DNA of 64,000 nt from Candidatus Avilachnospira sp. (lineage in GTDB: Bacteria; Bacillota; Clostridia; Oscillospirales; Oscillospiraceae), in assembly GCA_045652125.1 (NCBI GenBank), contig JAZRTT010000019.1, forward strand, positions 56,337 through 120,336. The letters run 5' to 3'. The translations under genes were made by a program, and so were the position numbers. Under the pieces are notes generated by a model. The model searched no databases. It was not told the origin of the DNA and was given only the letters and a program-made list of their open reading frames with translations. This document shows positions 19,934-29,550 of this stretch, one piece after another; position 1 is the first letter of the stretch; every line of letters begins with the position of its first letter.

Positions 19934-21411
19934 CAGCGAAGAAGGTCGTCCACGACCTGCGGCATGGCATCTTTTTCAGCCACCCGGTCAAACCGGACGG
20001 GCTTTCCGGTCAAAGAAGCCAATGGCTTGGGCGCAGTCTTACCGGTGCGGTCTGTGAGCTGCTGCAAAATAGCCGTCCCCTTGGCCAGTTCCGTCTCCCC
20101 CATGGCTTTCAGGACACTGTCACAGAACTTAAAGGGGCTGGCTGTGGAAACCACCAAAGCGGGAGTATCGTCGGCAGTAGCGGCACGATAGTCCTGCAGG
20201 ACCGTGTACGCCACTGCGGTATGGGTATCCATAAGGTAACCGGTGGAGGAAAACACTTTCTCAATGGTATTGAGAGTCCTTGCATCATCGCAGCAGCCGG
20301 ATACAAAGATTTTCTGCATTTTCTCCCTGACGTCCGCGGACACTTCATACCGGCCGGTATCGTTGAGCGCCTGCATATAACCGCGCACCTCTTCATCGGA
20401 TCCGGTCAGGTCAAACAGCAGCCGTTCCAGATTGGAAGAAATGAGAATGTCCATGGACGGAGAAGTTGTGGTGTAAAAAGACCTGTTTCGGTCGTAGATT
20501 CCGGTCTTAATAAAATCTGTCAGAACGTTATTTGCATTGGATGCGCAAATCATGGTCTTGATCGGCAGACCCATTTTTTTTGCGTAATAGCCTGCAAGAA
20601 TATTGCCAAAGTTGCCGGTGGGAACGCAAACATTTATCGGCTCGCCCGCCTTTACCTCACCGGAAGCAAGCAAATCGCAGTACGCAGAAATGTAATAAAC
20701 GATCTGAGGCAAAACACGGCCCCAGTTGATAGAGTTGGCGGAGGACAGTACATAGCCCCGGCCATTAAGCACCTCACGAAATTCTCCATCAGAGAAAATC
20801 TTCTTCACACCGGTCTGGGCATCGTCGAAGTTCCCGATCACAGAGCAGACCCCGACATTCTCCCCTTCCTGAGTGACCATCTGAAGCTTCTGGATATCAG
20901 ACACGCCATCCTTGGGATAAAATACCAGAATCTTTGTACCGGGAACATCCTTAAAGCCTTCCAATGCCGCTTTGCCCGTATCGCCGGATGTGGCGACCAA
21001 AATACAGACGGTTTTCTTTTCGCCGTTCTTTTTCATAGAAGCAGTCAGTAAATAAGGCAGCATCTGCAGTGCCATATCCTTAAAGGCGCAGGTAGGACCA
21101 TGCCACAGTTCCAGCATATAGGTCTTACAGTGGAGTTTCTCCACAGGAGCAACTTCCCTGCAGTCAAATTTCTCCGGGCCATAGGCGTGCTGCGCAAAGC
21201 CGGCCAGCTCTTCCCGGGAAAAGTCGTCCAAAAACAGTTTCATGATTTCCACGGCCCGCTGTTCATAAGTCATGGGAATCAAAGTGTTCAGATCCGGCAG
21301 TACGGGAAGTGTTTCAGGTAAAAACAGGCCGCCCTCCCGACTGAGGCCCTGTTCAATGGCGTGTGCTGCAGAAAACCGCAGAGACTGATCTCTTGTACTG
21401 ATGTAACGCAT
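19933..21411 (-). CDS. thrC: Threonine synthase (long form)
   Basis: MRYISTR...GGLFLP, PLP-lysine context GPTCAFKDMALQ, and SGDTGKAA. Confidence 0.9.
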   Translation of the reverse strand: MRYISTRDQSLRFSAAHAIEQGLSREGGLFLPETLPVLPDLNTLIPMTYEQRAVEIMKLFLDDFSREELAGFAQHAYGPEKFDCREVAPVEKLHCKTYMLELWHGPTCAFKDMALQMLPYLLTASMKKNGEKKTVCILVATSGDTGKAALEGFKDVPGTKILVFYPKDGVSDIQKLQMVTQEGENVGVCSVIGNFDDAQTGVKKIFSDGEFREVLNGRGYVLSSANSINWGRVLPQIVYYISAYCDLLASGEVKAGEPINVCVPTGNFGNILAGYYAKKMGLPIKTMICASNANNVLTDFIKTGIYDRNRSFYTTTSPSMDILISSNLERLLFDLTGSDEEVRGYMQALNDTGRYEVSADVREKMQKIFVSGCCDDARTLNTIEKVFSSTGYLMDTHTAVAYTVLQDYRAATADDTPALVVSTASPFKFCDSVLKAMGETELAKGTAILQQLTDRTGKTAPKPLASLTGKPVRFDRVAEKDAMPQVVDDLLR

Positions 21412-21434
21412 AGTTCTTCATTCCTATTCTTGGG

Positions 21435-21800
21435 TTATTGAAAGGCGTCCTTCAAATGGGTAATAACAGGCCGTTTGGTCTGCATTCCCTGAGGCGCGTA
21501 GATTTCGATCACATCGAATCGCGGCTGCAGGTCTGTAGGATTCTGCTGCAGCCAAAGAGCAGCCGTTGCCTTAAGTTTTTCCTGCTTGTCCGCACCGACA
21601 AACTCACGGGCTGTGCCAAACCGGTCTGTCTTACGCAGCTTCACTTCCACAAATACCAAATACCGGCGGTTTTGGCAGATCAGATCGATCTCTCCCATCC
21701 GGCAGCGGTAATTACAAGCCACAATGTTATAGTGCTTTTTTTGCAGATAAGAGGCCGCGAGCGTTTCCCCCCAGACGCCCAGAAGATTACTTTTCCCCAT
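21435..21800 (-). CDS. yraN: YraN family (UPF0102) endonuclease-like protein
   Basis: [31 protein letters not shown]...LVFVEVKLR is the YraN signature. Follows rnhB as in many Firmicutes. Confidence 0.8.
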   Translation of the reverse strand: MGKSNLLGVWGETLAASYLQKKHYNIVACNYRCRMGEIDLICQNRRYLVFVEVKLRKTDRFGTAREFVGADKQEKLKATAALWLQQNPTDLQPRFDVIEIYAPQGMQTKRPVITHLKDAFQ

Positions 21801-22401
21801 AGAATTTTTTGAGGAAGGTCATCCGGTGAATGGGACAGGGGCCATATTCCCGCAGAGCCTCGTAGTGCCGTTTGGTCCCGTACCCCTTATGTACAGCGAA
21901 GCCGTAGGCCGGGTATTTCTCGTCCAGTTCTTCCATAAGCAGATCCCGGGTCACTTTTGCCAAAATGGAGGCCGCCGCAATATTTGCACTGCGGCTGTCG
22001 CCCTTGACTACAGTTTTTACCGGCAAAGGCAGGTGTGGTTCCCGGTTGCCATCCACAAGCGCCAGATCCGGTTTGGACAATAGCTTGGCCACTGCCCGCT
22101 CCATCGCCAAAAAGGTGGCTTGCAGAATGTTGATCTCGTCGATCTCCTGCTCGGAGGCCATGGCGATTCCATAGGAAACGGCCTGTTCCGTAATTATGTC
22201 ATACAGTTCCCGACGTTTTTTATCTGTTAGCTTTTTGGAATCGTTAAGACCTGCAATTTCCAGTTCCCGTGGTAAAATCACCGCGGCTGCACACACGGGC
22301 CCTGCCAAAGGGCCGCGGCCCGCTTCATCAATGCCGCAGACCAGCTCGAAGCCGCCTGCAAAACATGACCGCTCGATTTCCCAAAGGTCAATTTTATTCA
22401 T
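21787..22401 (-). CDS. rnhB: Ribonuclease HII
   Basis: [19 protein letters not shown], and VDGN...[19 protein letters not shown] at 22401 (MNKIDLWE) overlaps the rbgA stop by 8 nt. Confidence 0.9.
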   Translation of the reverse strand: MNKIDLWEIERSCFAGGFELVCGIDEAGRGPLAGPVCAAAVILPRELEIAGLNDSKKLTDKKRRELYDIITEQAVSYGIAMASEQEIDEINILQATFLAMERAVAKLLSKPDLALVDGNREPHLPLPVKTVVKGDSRSANIAAASILAKVTRDLLMEELDEKYPAYGFAVHKGYGTKRHYEALREYGPCPIHRMTFLKKFYGEK

Positions 22402-23281
22402 GTTCCGCCTCCAACAGTTCCGGGGTCTCCAATGTAAACCGCCCCAGCTTACAGCTGCGGTATTCATCCAGCAAGACTTTTGCCATACGCTCGGTATTCA
22501 CTTCACCGCCCGAAACCAAAAATCCTCGTTTGCGGCCGGCCGCCTCCAACAGTTCCCACCCTTCGGCATCAAGGGGACAGTCGATTTTATACCGCTCCTT
22601 TACAGCCGAAGGATACTGCTGCCAAAGCATTTGAATCAGATGGCAGGCCAAGCTCTCCAGGTCGATCACATCATCTTTAACCGCACCGGTGTATGCCAAT
22701 CGGATTCCCACATTGGGATCTTCAAATTTTGGCCAGAGAATACCGGGAGTATCCAATAACAAAAGGCCCTGATCCACCGTGATCCATTGCTTGCCGCGGG
22801 TCACACCGGGACGGTTTTCCGCCTTGGCACCCTTACGCCCGGCTATCTGATTGATAAAAGTGGATTTTCCCACATTTGGGATTCCCACCACCATGATCTT
22901 CAACGGGCGGCCAATTTGCCCCTTTTCTGCATATCGCTGCAGTTTTTCGCTGAGCAGTTCCCGAACCGCCGGGACAAAACCGTTGATGCCCTTCTTGTTC
23001 TTACAGTCCGCAGCGATCACAGCCATGCCCTTGGATTTGAAGTAGGATGACCACCGCTGAACCAGTACCGGATCTGCCAGATCGATTCGGTTGAGAATGA
23101 CAATTCTCGGCTTATTGCCGCAAATGGCATCCATGTCCGGATTTCGGCTGGAAATCGGAATTCGGGCATCCAGTATTTCACAGACCGCATCCACCAGCTT
23201 CAGGTTTTCTTCCATCATTCGCCGGGTTTTGGTCATATGACCGGGATACCATTGAATATTCATTTGTTGCTCATTGTGCAT
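22394..23281 (-). CDS. rbgA: Ribosome biogenesis GTPase A (YlqF/RbgA), circularly permuted GTPase
   Basis: [10 protein letters not shown]4-first order (LNRIDL), and GIPNVGKST...DTPGILWP. Confidence 0.9.
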   Translation of the reverse strand: MHNEQQMNIQWYPGHMTKTRRMMEENLKLVDAVCEILDARIPISSRNPDMDAICGNKPRIVILNRIDLADPVLVQRWSSYFKSKGMAVIAADCKNKKGINGFVPAVRELLSEKLQRYAEKGQIGRPLKIMVVGIPNVGKSTFINQIAGRKGAKAENRPGVTRGKQWITVDQGLLLLDTPGILWPKFEDPNVGIRLAYTGAVKDDVIDLESLACHLIQMLWQQYPSAVKERYKIDCPLDAEGWELLEAAGRKRGFLVSGGEVNTERMAKVLLDEYRSCKLGRFTLETPELLEAEHE

Positions 23282-24166
23282 TTATGATACCAATCCCCAT
23301 CTGCTCCAGTCCCGGGGCTCCATTGCCTTTCCGGATGCATCGGCTGTCTGCCCGGGCAGGGCGATAAAAAGCACCTTGCCCAAAACATACTGTTCATTGA
23401 CCATACCAATGGGAGCGTATCGGCTATCCATGGAATTGTTGCGGTTATCCCCTAAAACAAAAACACAGCCTTCCGGTACTGTCGCCGGGTATTGCAGAGC
23501 CAGATCCCCTGTCCAGTTGTGCAGTGTCGGTGCATTCACGTACTCTTCTACCAACAGAACACCGTCCACATAGACACTACCGGTGGTAAAATCAATATCA
23601 ACACTCTGCCCTTCCGTGGCGATGATTCGCTTTACTATGGGGCCTTCTCCGTTCTGCTGATAGTGGGGCACATTGAGTACCACCACGTCACCGTAACGAA
23701 GATCATCCCCGCCATAAAGAAAATTGCTCTCCAGAAGCAGATAGTCCCGGTTGCGGAGGGTAGGAAGCATAGAGTCTCCCTGCACACCGACCAGACGGAC
23801 GGCAAAGACAAAAATCAATGTCACCGCCGCCAAAAGATAGACTACATCGTGGAGCATGCCATACAGCTCATAAAGAAAATTGCCTTTCTTTTCTTCAGCA
23901 GGCACTTCTTCCGAAGGGAGAACATCGGCACTCCCCTCCTCATTCTGAGCAGGTGCCTGTTCTTCCGGCGGTTCCTCCGCTTCCGGTTCCTCTGTTGTAT
24001 TTTCTGCCGGTTCTGCGGCAGCTTCCGTTTCAGGCTCCGCCTCCGGAGTCTTATCCAGAGCAAGAATCTCCTCCAGAGACAGCTGCTCTGCTTCATCCCC
24101 CAGCAATTCCTTGATCTCATCCAGATCAATGTTATCCTGAACAAATCCCTTGTTATTCTGTTCCAT
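23282..24166 (-). CDS. lepB: Signal peptidase I with a ~105-aa acidic N-terminal extension
   Basis: Catalytic GDSMLPTL (Ser) and KRIIATEG (Lys) boxes plus the GDNRNNSMDSR box. These are preceded by one TM and a D/E/P/A-rich cytoplasmic N-terminus. ATG at 24166 is favoured over the TTG at 24226. Confidence 0.85.
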   Translation of the reverse strand: MEQNNKGFVQDNIDLDEIKELLGDEAEQLSLEEILALDKTPEAEPETEAAAEPAENTTEEPEAEEPPEEQAPAQNEEGSADVLPSEEVPAEEKKGNFLYELYGMLHDVVYLLAAVTLIFVFAVRLVGVQGDSMLPTLRNRDYLLLESNFLYGGDDLRYGDVVVLNVPHYQQNGEGPIVKRIIATEGQSVDIDFTTGSVYVDGVLLVEEYVNAPTLHNWTGDLALQYPATVPEGCVFVLGDNRNNSMDSRYAPIGMVNEQYVLGKVLFIALPGQTADASGKAMEPRDWSRWGLVS

Positions 24167-24261
24167 TCTTGATTGCACCACCCATGATTTGGTTATGGTC
24201 AGGCCATTCTTTGTTATTATACACAACTCTTACAGGAAAAGAAAGAGCAATTCAAAGAAAA

Positions 24262-24297
24262 AAAGAAAAAAGTACAGCCGACGCTGTACTTTTTTCT
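24262..24297. terminator. Bidirectional rho-independent terminator between rplS and lepB
   Basis: AAAAAA-AGTACAGC-CGAC-GCTGTACT-TTTTTT. Confidence 0.8.
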
Positions 24298-24307
24298 TTT
24301 GAGAGAA

Positions 24308-24649
24308 TTAGACCTTCTCCTTGACCTTTGCGGCCTTGCCGAGACGCTCACGCAGATAGTAGAGCTTAGCTCTGCGAACTTTGCCGTGACGGACAGTCTC
24401 GACCTTTACAATGTGGGGAGAGTGGAGCAGGAAAACCTTCTCACAGCCGACACCGTAGCTGATACGGCGAACAGTAAAGGTCTCTTCCAGTCCGCCATGC
24501 TTCTTTGCAATGACAGTTCCTTCAAACACCTGAACTCTCTCACGGGAACCTTCCTTAATCAAGACGTGAACACGAACCGTGTCACCCACGCGGACTTCGG
24601 GCACTTCAGCCTTCATATACTGGCTGGTCAAAGCCTTCATCAGATCCAT
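24308..24649 (-). CDS. rplS: 50S ribosomal protein L19
   Basis: [53 protein letters not shown]...[12 protein letters not shown] at 24649 has AAGGAGGA upstream. The ORF-track start at 24748 is too long. Confidence 0.95.
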   Translation of the reverse strand: MDLMKALTSQYMKAEVPEVRVGDTVRVHVLIKEGSRERVQVFEGTVIAKKHGGLEETFTVRRISYGVGCEKVFLLHSPHIVKVETVRHGKVRRAKLYYLRERLGKAAKVKEKV

Positions 24650-24751
24650 TGTTTTGTCCTCCTTCATATTTAGACGTCCATACCCACAGGAAACGCCGCC
24701 GTACTCTCGTACCGGCTGTGGCAGCGGGCCGCCCATTTCACAGACCAAAGT

Positions 24752-24780
24752 ATTGTAGCATTCCTTTTTGAAAAATGCAA
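24752..24780 (-). promoter_or_regulatory. Sigma-A type promoter for rplS
   Basis: On the minus strand: TTGCAT (24780-24775), a 17-nt spacer, then TACAAT (24757-24752). Leaves a ~95-nt leader before the rplS start. Confidence 0.5.
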
Positions 24781-24807
24781 GTAATTTTTTAACTTATTTT
24801 TCAATTT

Positions 24808-25458
24808 TCAGCGAAAAACCTTTCCCTCTTCATCAAAAACCTCCAATCGGCGGCTAAAACTGACATCCGGTTTCCATTGAGGCGCATAGATCTCAAGAGC
24901 AGAAACCAAAAGCTGAGGATTGAGAGACGGATTTTGCGCACAGACCCGTACCGTCCACCGCAGGGATCTCTCATCCACCTGTTGCTGCTGAAAGTCCAGC
25001 AGCATAGGCAGAATGTCCACCTCTGTGCTGCCCTTTCTGGAATGCTTTTCCATTATCAGGCTCTTCCGGGTAAACAATTCACGAATCCCGTCTGCAGCCC
25101 CGGAGGGGACACCTCCGTCATAGGTCAGCAGGACTTCCGCACACAGGCTGTGCAGTTCCTTGATCTTTCGCCCGTTATCATAAACTTCCAGCACCCGGAT
25201 CCCTGCAGGAAGTTTCTCATTGAGCAGCTCCACCGCGGGAAGCGAACCACTCTCCAGTTCAAAATCCAGCAGTTCACACCGGCTCTCCATTCCCACAGAC
25301 AGGGGCAGCGCAATGGATACGACAGCCCGGGGTGTAAATCCCTGAGAGTGCTTCAGCAGCAAACCCGAGCGGCGAAAGGCTCTCTGAAAGACCCGCATCA
25401 AATCCAGATGGGAGATCCATATGCTGTCGCCGGTCTTTTCAAATAACATTCTAGGCAT
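24808..25458 (-). CDS. TIGR03936 family radical-SAM-associated protein (DUF2344)
   Basis: FEKTGDSIWISHLDLMRVFQRAFRRSGLLLKHSQGFTPR is the family signature. Overlaps the upstream radical SAM gene. Confidence 0.8.
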   Translation of the reverse strand: MPRMLFEKTGDSIWISHLDLMRVFQRAFRRSGLLLKHSQGFTPRAVVSIALPLSVGMESRCELLDFELESGSLPAVELLNEKLPAGIRVLEVYDNGRKIKELHSLCAEVLLTYDGGVPSGAADGIRELFTRKSLIMEKHSRKGSTEVDILPMLLDFQQQQVDERSLRWTVRVCAQNPSLNPQLLVSALEIYAPQWKPDVSFSRRLEVFDEEGKVFR

Positions 25459-27289
25459 CGCAGGTCACCCCACCTTCCAAACGGTTTGCGCCGCAGCCGC
25501 TGCACTTGCTGCGGCAATCCGGGGTAATGCGGGATTCGTAAGCCAGCTCCCGCTCTTTCCACAAAAACCCACGGCTGACACCCACATCTATGGTCTGCCA
25601 CGGCAATATCTCATCTTTTTCGTAGGTGCGATGGGCATAAAAATCCGGATCTATCCCACAGGCACGGAAAGCCTCCATCCAGATATCGTTGTTAAAGTAT
25701 TCGTCCCATCCGTCCAGTCTTGCCCCGTGTTTCACGGCATATTCCAAAACCGGTGCCAAGCGCCGGTCCCCTCTTGCCAAAACTGCTTCCAGATAGCTTA
25801 GGTCACTGCCGTGATAGCGGTAGTCCACAGCTTTGCTATGAAGATTCTCCTGCAACAGATGCACTCTGCGCATATATTCCTGGGGCGTGATCTGGGCTTC
25901 CCACTGGAACGGAGTAAAGGGCTTTGGCACAAAAAACGCAGTTGCAAGATTGATGGAAAGGCCCCGTTTTTTGTTTGTTGCCGTTTCTTTCCAAACCTTG
26001 ACGATTTTCCACACCAGATCCGCAATGCCTATTACATCTTCATCGGTTTCCGTAGGCAGACCCAGCATAAAATAGAGTTTCACATTGTTCCAGCCTCCAG
26101 AAAAGGCATTGGAACAGGTGGTAAGAATTTCTTCCTCCGTGACATTTTTGTTAATGGCATCCCGCAAACGCTGTGTGCCGGCCTCCGGTGCAAAGGTCAG
26201 ACTGGTCTTTCTCACCCGCTGAACCCGGAGCATCAGCTCGCGGGAAAAGTTATCCGCCCGGAGAGACGGCAGAGACAGGTTGATCTTGCGGCTCTGGCAA
26301 TAATCCAGCATTTTATCCGCCAGCGGCTCCAACTGTTTATAGTCAGAAGTGGACAGGCTGGACAGGGTGATCTCATGGTTGCCAGAGTTTTCCAAAGATT
26401 CTACTGCCTGACGATAGAGGGTATTGGCATCTCGGGAACGAACCGGACGGTAACAGAACCCGGCCTGACAAAAACGGCAGCCACGGATGCAGCCGCGAAA
26501 TACCTCCAGATTGGTTCGGTCATGAACGATCTCTGTGGACGGCACAATGGTATTCGTCGGATAATAGGCTTTGTCCAGATCCCTGACGATTCGCTTCGTC
26601 ACAGTTTTCGGCAGCCCTTCCATGGGAATAATGTCCTTCAGTTTTCCGTCGGCTCCGTATTGATGGTCATAAAAGGAAGGAACATACACGCCGGGAATTT
26701 TCGCAGCATCCCACAGAAACTGCTCCTTCGACCATCCTTCGTCCTTTGCTTTTTGATATAAGCGCAGAATCTCCGGCGTGATCTCCTCTCCCTCTCCCAA
26801 GGCAAAGAGATCCACAAAATCTGCCAGGGGCTCCGGGTTTACCGTGCAAATACCGCCGCAGAACACCAAATTATGCAGGCCTTTTCGATCTTTTGCGTAC
26901 ATTGGAATTCCGGAAAGGTCCAACATATTGAGAAGATTGGTATAGCTCATCTCATAGCCCACAGTAAATGCTATCAAATCAAAATCCCGAACAGGATCAC
27001 GGCTTTCCAGTGCATACAGAGGCAGCATATGCTTTCGCATCTGTTCTTCCATATCGCCCCACGGTGCAAATACACGCTCACACCAGACGCCGTCCATTTC
27101 ATTCATGATCCCATAGAGAATCCGCATCCCCACATTGGACATGCCGATCTCATAAGTATCCGGGAAGCAAAATGCAACCCGCAGACGAACATCTTCTTTG
27201 TTCTTGATCACCTGCCCATATTCTCCGCCAACATATCTGGCGGGCTTTTGAACCAGAGGAAGGATCCTCTGAAATAACTGCTGATTCAT
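25451..27289 (-). CDS. TIGR03960 family B12-binding-domain radical SAM protein
   Basis: VQKPARYVGGEYG N-terminus, CxxxCxxC cluster (CIRGCRFCQAGFC), and the usual pairing with a TIGR03936 partner. Confidence 0.85.
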   Translation of the reverse strand: MNQQLFQRILPLVQKPARYVGGEYGQVIKNKEDVRLRVAFCFPDTYEIGMSNVGMRILYGIMNEMDGVWCERVFAPWGDMEEQMRKHMLPLYALESRDPVRDFDLIAFTVGYEMSYTNLLNMLDLSGIPMYAKDRKGLHNLVFCGGICTVNPEPLADFVDLFALGEGEEITPEILRLYQKAKDEGWSKEQFLWDAAKIPGVYVPSFYDHQYGADGKLKDIIPMEGLPKTVTKRIVRDLDKAYYPTNTIVPSTEIVHDRTNLEVFRGCIRGCRFCQAGFCYRPVRSRDANTLYRQAVESLENSGNHEITLSSLSTSDYKQLEPLADKMLDYCQSRKINLSLPSLRADNFSRELMLRVQRVRKTSLTFAPEAGTQRLRDAINKNVTEEEILTTCSNAFSGGWNNVKLYFMLGLPTETDEDVIGIADLVWKIVKVWKETATNKKRGLSINLATAFFVPKPFTPFQWEAQITPQEYMRRVHLLQENLHSKAVDYRYHGSDLSYLEAVLARGDRRLAPVLEYAVKHGARLDGWDEYFNNDIWMEAFRACGIDPDFYAHRTYEKDEILPWQTIDVGVSRGFLWKERELAYESRITPDCRSKCSGCGANRLEGGVTCDA

Positions 27290-27356
27290 ATCGTTTCCTC
27301 TTTACTTTGACATTTCCATCATTTTAACTTCTTTGCAGCGGAAAAGCAACTGATTT

Positions 27357-27914
27357 CTATGTATCCTTCCAGCCGGCCAGACCCACTCTCCACAATATTA
27401 CCAATGCCGCAAACACCGGCCACAGCCCCGCCTGCAATTCCGCTGCAGCCCAGCAAGCACCCACCATCAGCAGACAGCAAACCGATGCGGTCACTATGCG
27501 AAGGATCCTATCTGCCGCATCAGGCTCTAGCCGCAGCATCAGCACGCCATATAAAATTCTGCCGCCGTCCAGAGGATATATGGGAAGCAGGTTTACCACA
27601 CCCAGAATACCGGAAACGATCGCCAGCTCCGGTACTCGGCGAAAGCATAAAACGCACAGGAGAAAACTGCTCCATGGTCCTGCAGCTCCGCAGAAGATCT
27701 CCTGCCGATATCCCGAAAACCTGCCGCTGATAACAGCACCGGCTGCCGTCAAACGCATACGGCAGATTTGGACTCCGCTGCACTTCATACATAGCAGATG
27801 CCCGATTTCATGAACCGCCAATGCCAGCAAAAACCACAAACACAATCCGGCATCCAGCCAAAGGAACACGCAAACAGCAGCTGCAAATCCAAATGTTATG
27901 TTAACTCTTCCCAT
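27357..27914 (-). CDS. M50 family intramembrane metalloprotease, SpoIVFB-like (short form, no CBS domain)
   Basis: HExxH in a TM helix (LAVHEIGHLLCM) and the NLLPIYPLDGGRI motif. ATG at 27914 (MGRVNITFG) is preferred and overlaps the upstream small ORF by 14 nt. Confidence 0.65.
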   Translation of the reverse strand: MGRVNITFGFAAAVCVFLWLDAGLCLWFLLALAVHEIGHLLCMKCSGVQICRMRLTAAGAVISGRFSGYRQEIFCGAAGPWSSFLLCVLCFRRVPELAIVSGILGVVNLLPIYPLDGGRILYGVLMLRLEPDAADRILRIVTASVCCLLMVGACWAAAELQAGLWPVFAALVILWRVGLAGWKDT

Positions 27915-28161
27915 GGAACAAGACCGCTGCTGTTTCTGCAAGTGTCTCTTTGACAGGCACACCCTGCTCCAGCCCTTCAGCCAAAATACCGAAGGCCTGC
28001 CGCACGGCACCATCCTCCATCCCTATGAATAAAGCCTGAAGCTCCCGGCGAACCGAGGGATAGCAGTATCCGGAAACAAGCAGCAATAGTGCCAATGCCG
28101 CCAACACACACAGTCCACTGAAAAAAGCAGCCCACCCGGAGCCGCTTTTTTGATCTTTCAT
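27901..28161 (-). CDS. Small single-pass membrane protein, unknown function
   Basis: 86-aa ORF. One TM (WAAFFSGLCVLAALALLLLVSGY) followed by an amphipathic tail. Translationally coupled to the M50 protease gene. Confidence 0.4.
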   Translation of the reverse strand: MKDQKSGSGWAAFFSGLCVLAALALLLLVSGYCYPSVRRELQALFIGMEDGAVRQAFGILAEGLEQGVPVKETLAETAAVLFHGKS

Positions 28162-28221
28162 AACACCACACCCTTTCAGTGCAATGTATGCAGAAACAAC
28201 CTGTCTTTTGTATGGTTTTGC

Positions 28222-29550
28222 TTAAGGAATCAGCCAATTTTTCGCAGGCAGCATCGGCTCGTTCTCTGCCGTTCCCGGGTCTTCGCCTTCGATCATCACC
28301 TGCACCCGTTCGATTTCATCCAGTTGGCAGACAGTCGCCACCACAGCCCGTACCGCCATCTGCGCTTCAATCGAATCCGTACCGTCAGGGGCAAACGCCC
28401 GGTTGAAGGTCACCCGACAAACGCCGTCGGTCAAAGTCTGTGCCACAACTGCCGTTCCCGGAGAAAACGGATTTTCATACCCGTTTCCGGATTTGAAAGA
28501 CAAAAGGCCATCCAATACCGCATCTATGCGGCGTCTGCCGGCACTTTGCCGCACACATACGGGAACAGGCGCCAATTTGCCGCCGGTCCCGCAGGGAATA
28601 TAAAACACCGTGTCCACAACCGAGCCGGAAGCTGCAGCCGGCTTTAAGGTCAGTTCTTCCCGAAGCAGAGGCTGTGACAGATCCAATCCGGCATAATCCC
28701 CCAGAGAAAGGGTGCCGCAAACGATCTGTACCCTTTCGATCTGCGGCAATTCCGTGAGACTGTTGACAACGGAAAACACCGCCAAACGAGCCTGCTGGTG
28801 TGTTGCGGGCCGATTGAGATAAAATGCCTGGGAAAATTCAACGGTACACAGCCCTTGCTCCACCTTCACCTGCCTCAGCTTGGTCCCTTCCGGTATGACT
28901 GCCTGTGCCGTATCTTCTCCCGGTCCGTCCAGAAGCTGCTGCAAAATATACGCAGGCATATCGCTGTCTGATATCTGATCACCGCTGCGGTTCTCTTCTA
29001 TCAAAAAACGGCCTTCGGAATCGCCATAATACAGTTTCACCGTTACCTGATCGCTGGTGGCAAAATCATCATAAAGCACAAAGTCTGCCGCGGTCATCGG
29101 CCGGCAAAACGCATGGCTGCTCTCGCCGTCCGGCTGCAGGCAAACGGTCTTTACCTCCGGCAGCTGTGTCATGGTCAGCACCAAACAAGCCTCCGCCAAA
29201 CGGTGCTCCATGCCCACGACCTGATCCCAGTTTTCAGACAATGTAATACACAATTGTCCGTCTTTCAAGGTCGCCTCCCGGACAGTTATGTCCTGAGGGA
29301 CAGCTGCTGAAAGTCCCGGCGTTTTTGGTCCGCCGAAATAACGCTGCAAAACCGTTTGGGGAGTACAGGACAGCTCTCCCAGGTCGCAGATCTCCACCCC
29401 AAGGGCCCCGGTTTCCCGGTCGTGAGCAGTCTCTCCCGACGCACAATAGTAGAACGTTACCCGGTTCTGCGGCATGTACTGCTCCATTGAACTGCACGCC
29501 GCCAGTATCGAAAGGAATACAGCACCGATCAAAAGCCACCCTTTTTTCAT
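28222..29550 (-). CDS. Lipoprotein with three GerMN (germane) domains
   Basis: Lipobox LSILAAC. Three repeats follow the pattern LL.G(P).......P.GT.L..v.v..G.c.V.Fs..f...........A..avV.tl.eLp.i..V.i (around LQRYFGGPKTPG, LQQLLDGPGEDT and VLDGLLSFKSG). The start overlaps the kinase stop (ATGA). Confidence 0.7.
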   Translation of the reverse strand: MKKGWLLIGAVFLSILAACSSMEQYMPQNRVTFYYCASGETAHDRETGALGVEICDLGELSCTPQTVLQRYFGGPKTPGLSAAVPQDITVREATLKDGQLCITLSENWDQVVGMEHRLAEACLVLTMTQLPEVKTVCLQPDGESSHAFCRPMTAADFVLYDDFATSDQVTVKLYYGDSEGRFLIEENRSGDQISDSDMPAYILQQLLDGPGEDTAQAVIPEGTKLRQVKVEQGLCTVEFSQAFYLNRPATHQQARLAVFSVVNSLTELPQIERVQIVCGTLSLGDYAGLDLSQPLLREELTLKPAAASGSVVDTVFYIPCGTGGKLAPVPVCVRQSAGRRRIDAVLDGLLSFKSGNGYENPFSPGTAVVAQTLTDGVCRVTFNRAFAPDGTDSIEAQMAVRAVVATVCQLDEIERVQVMIEGEDPGTAENEPMLPAKNWLIP

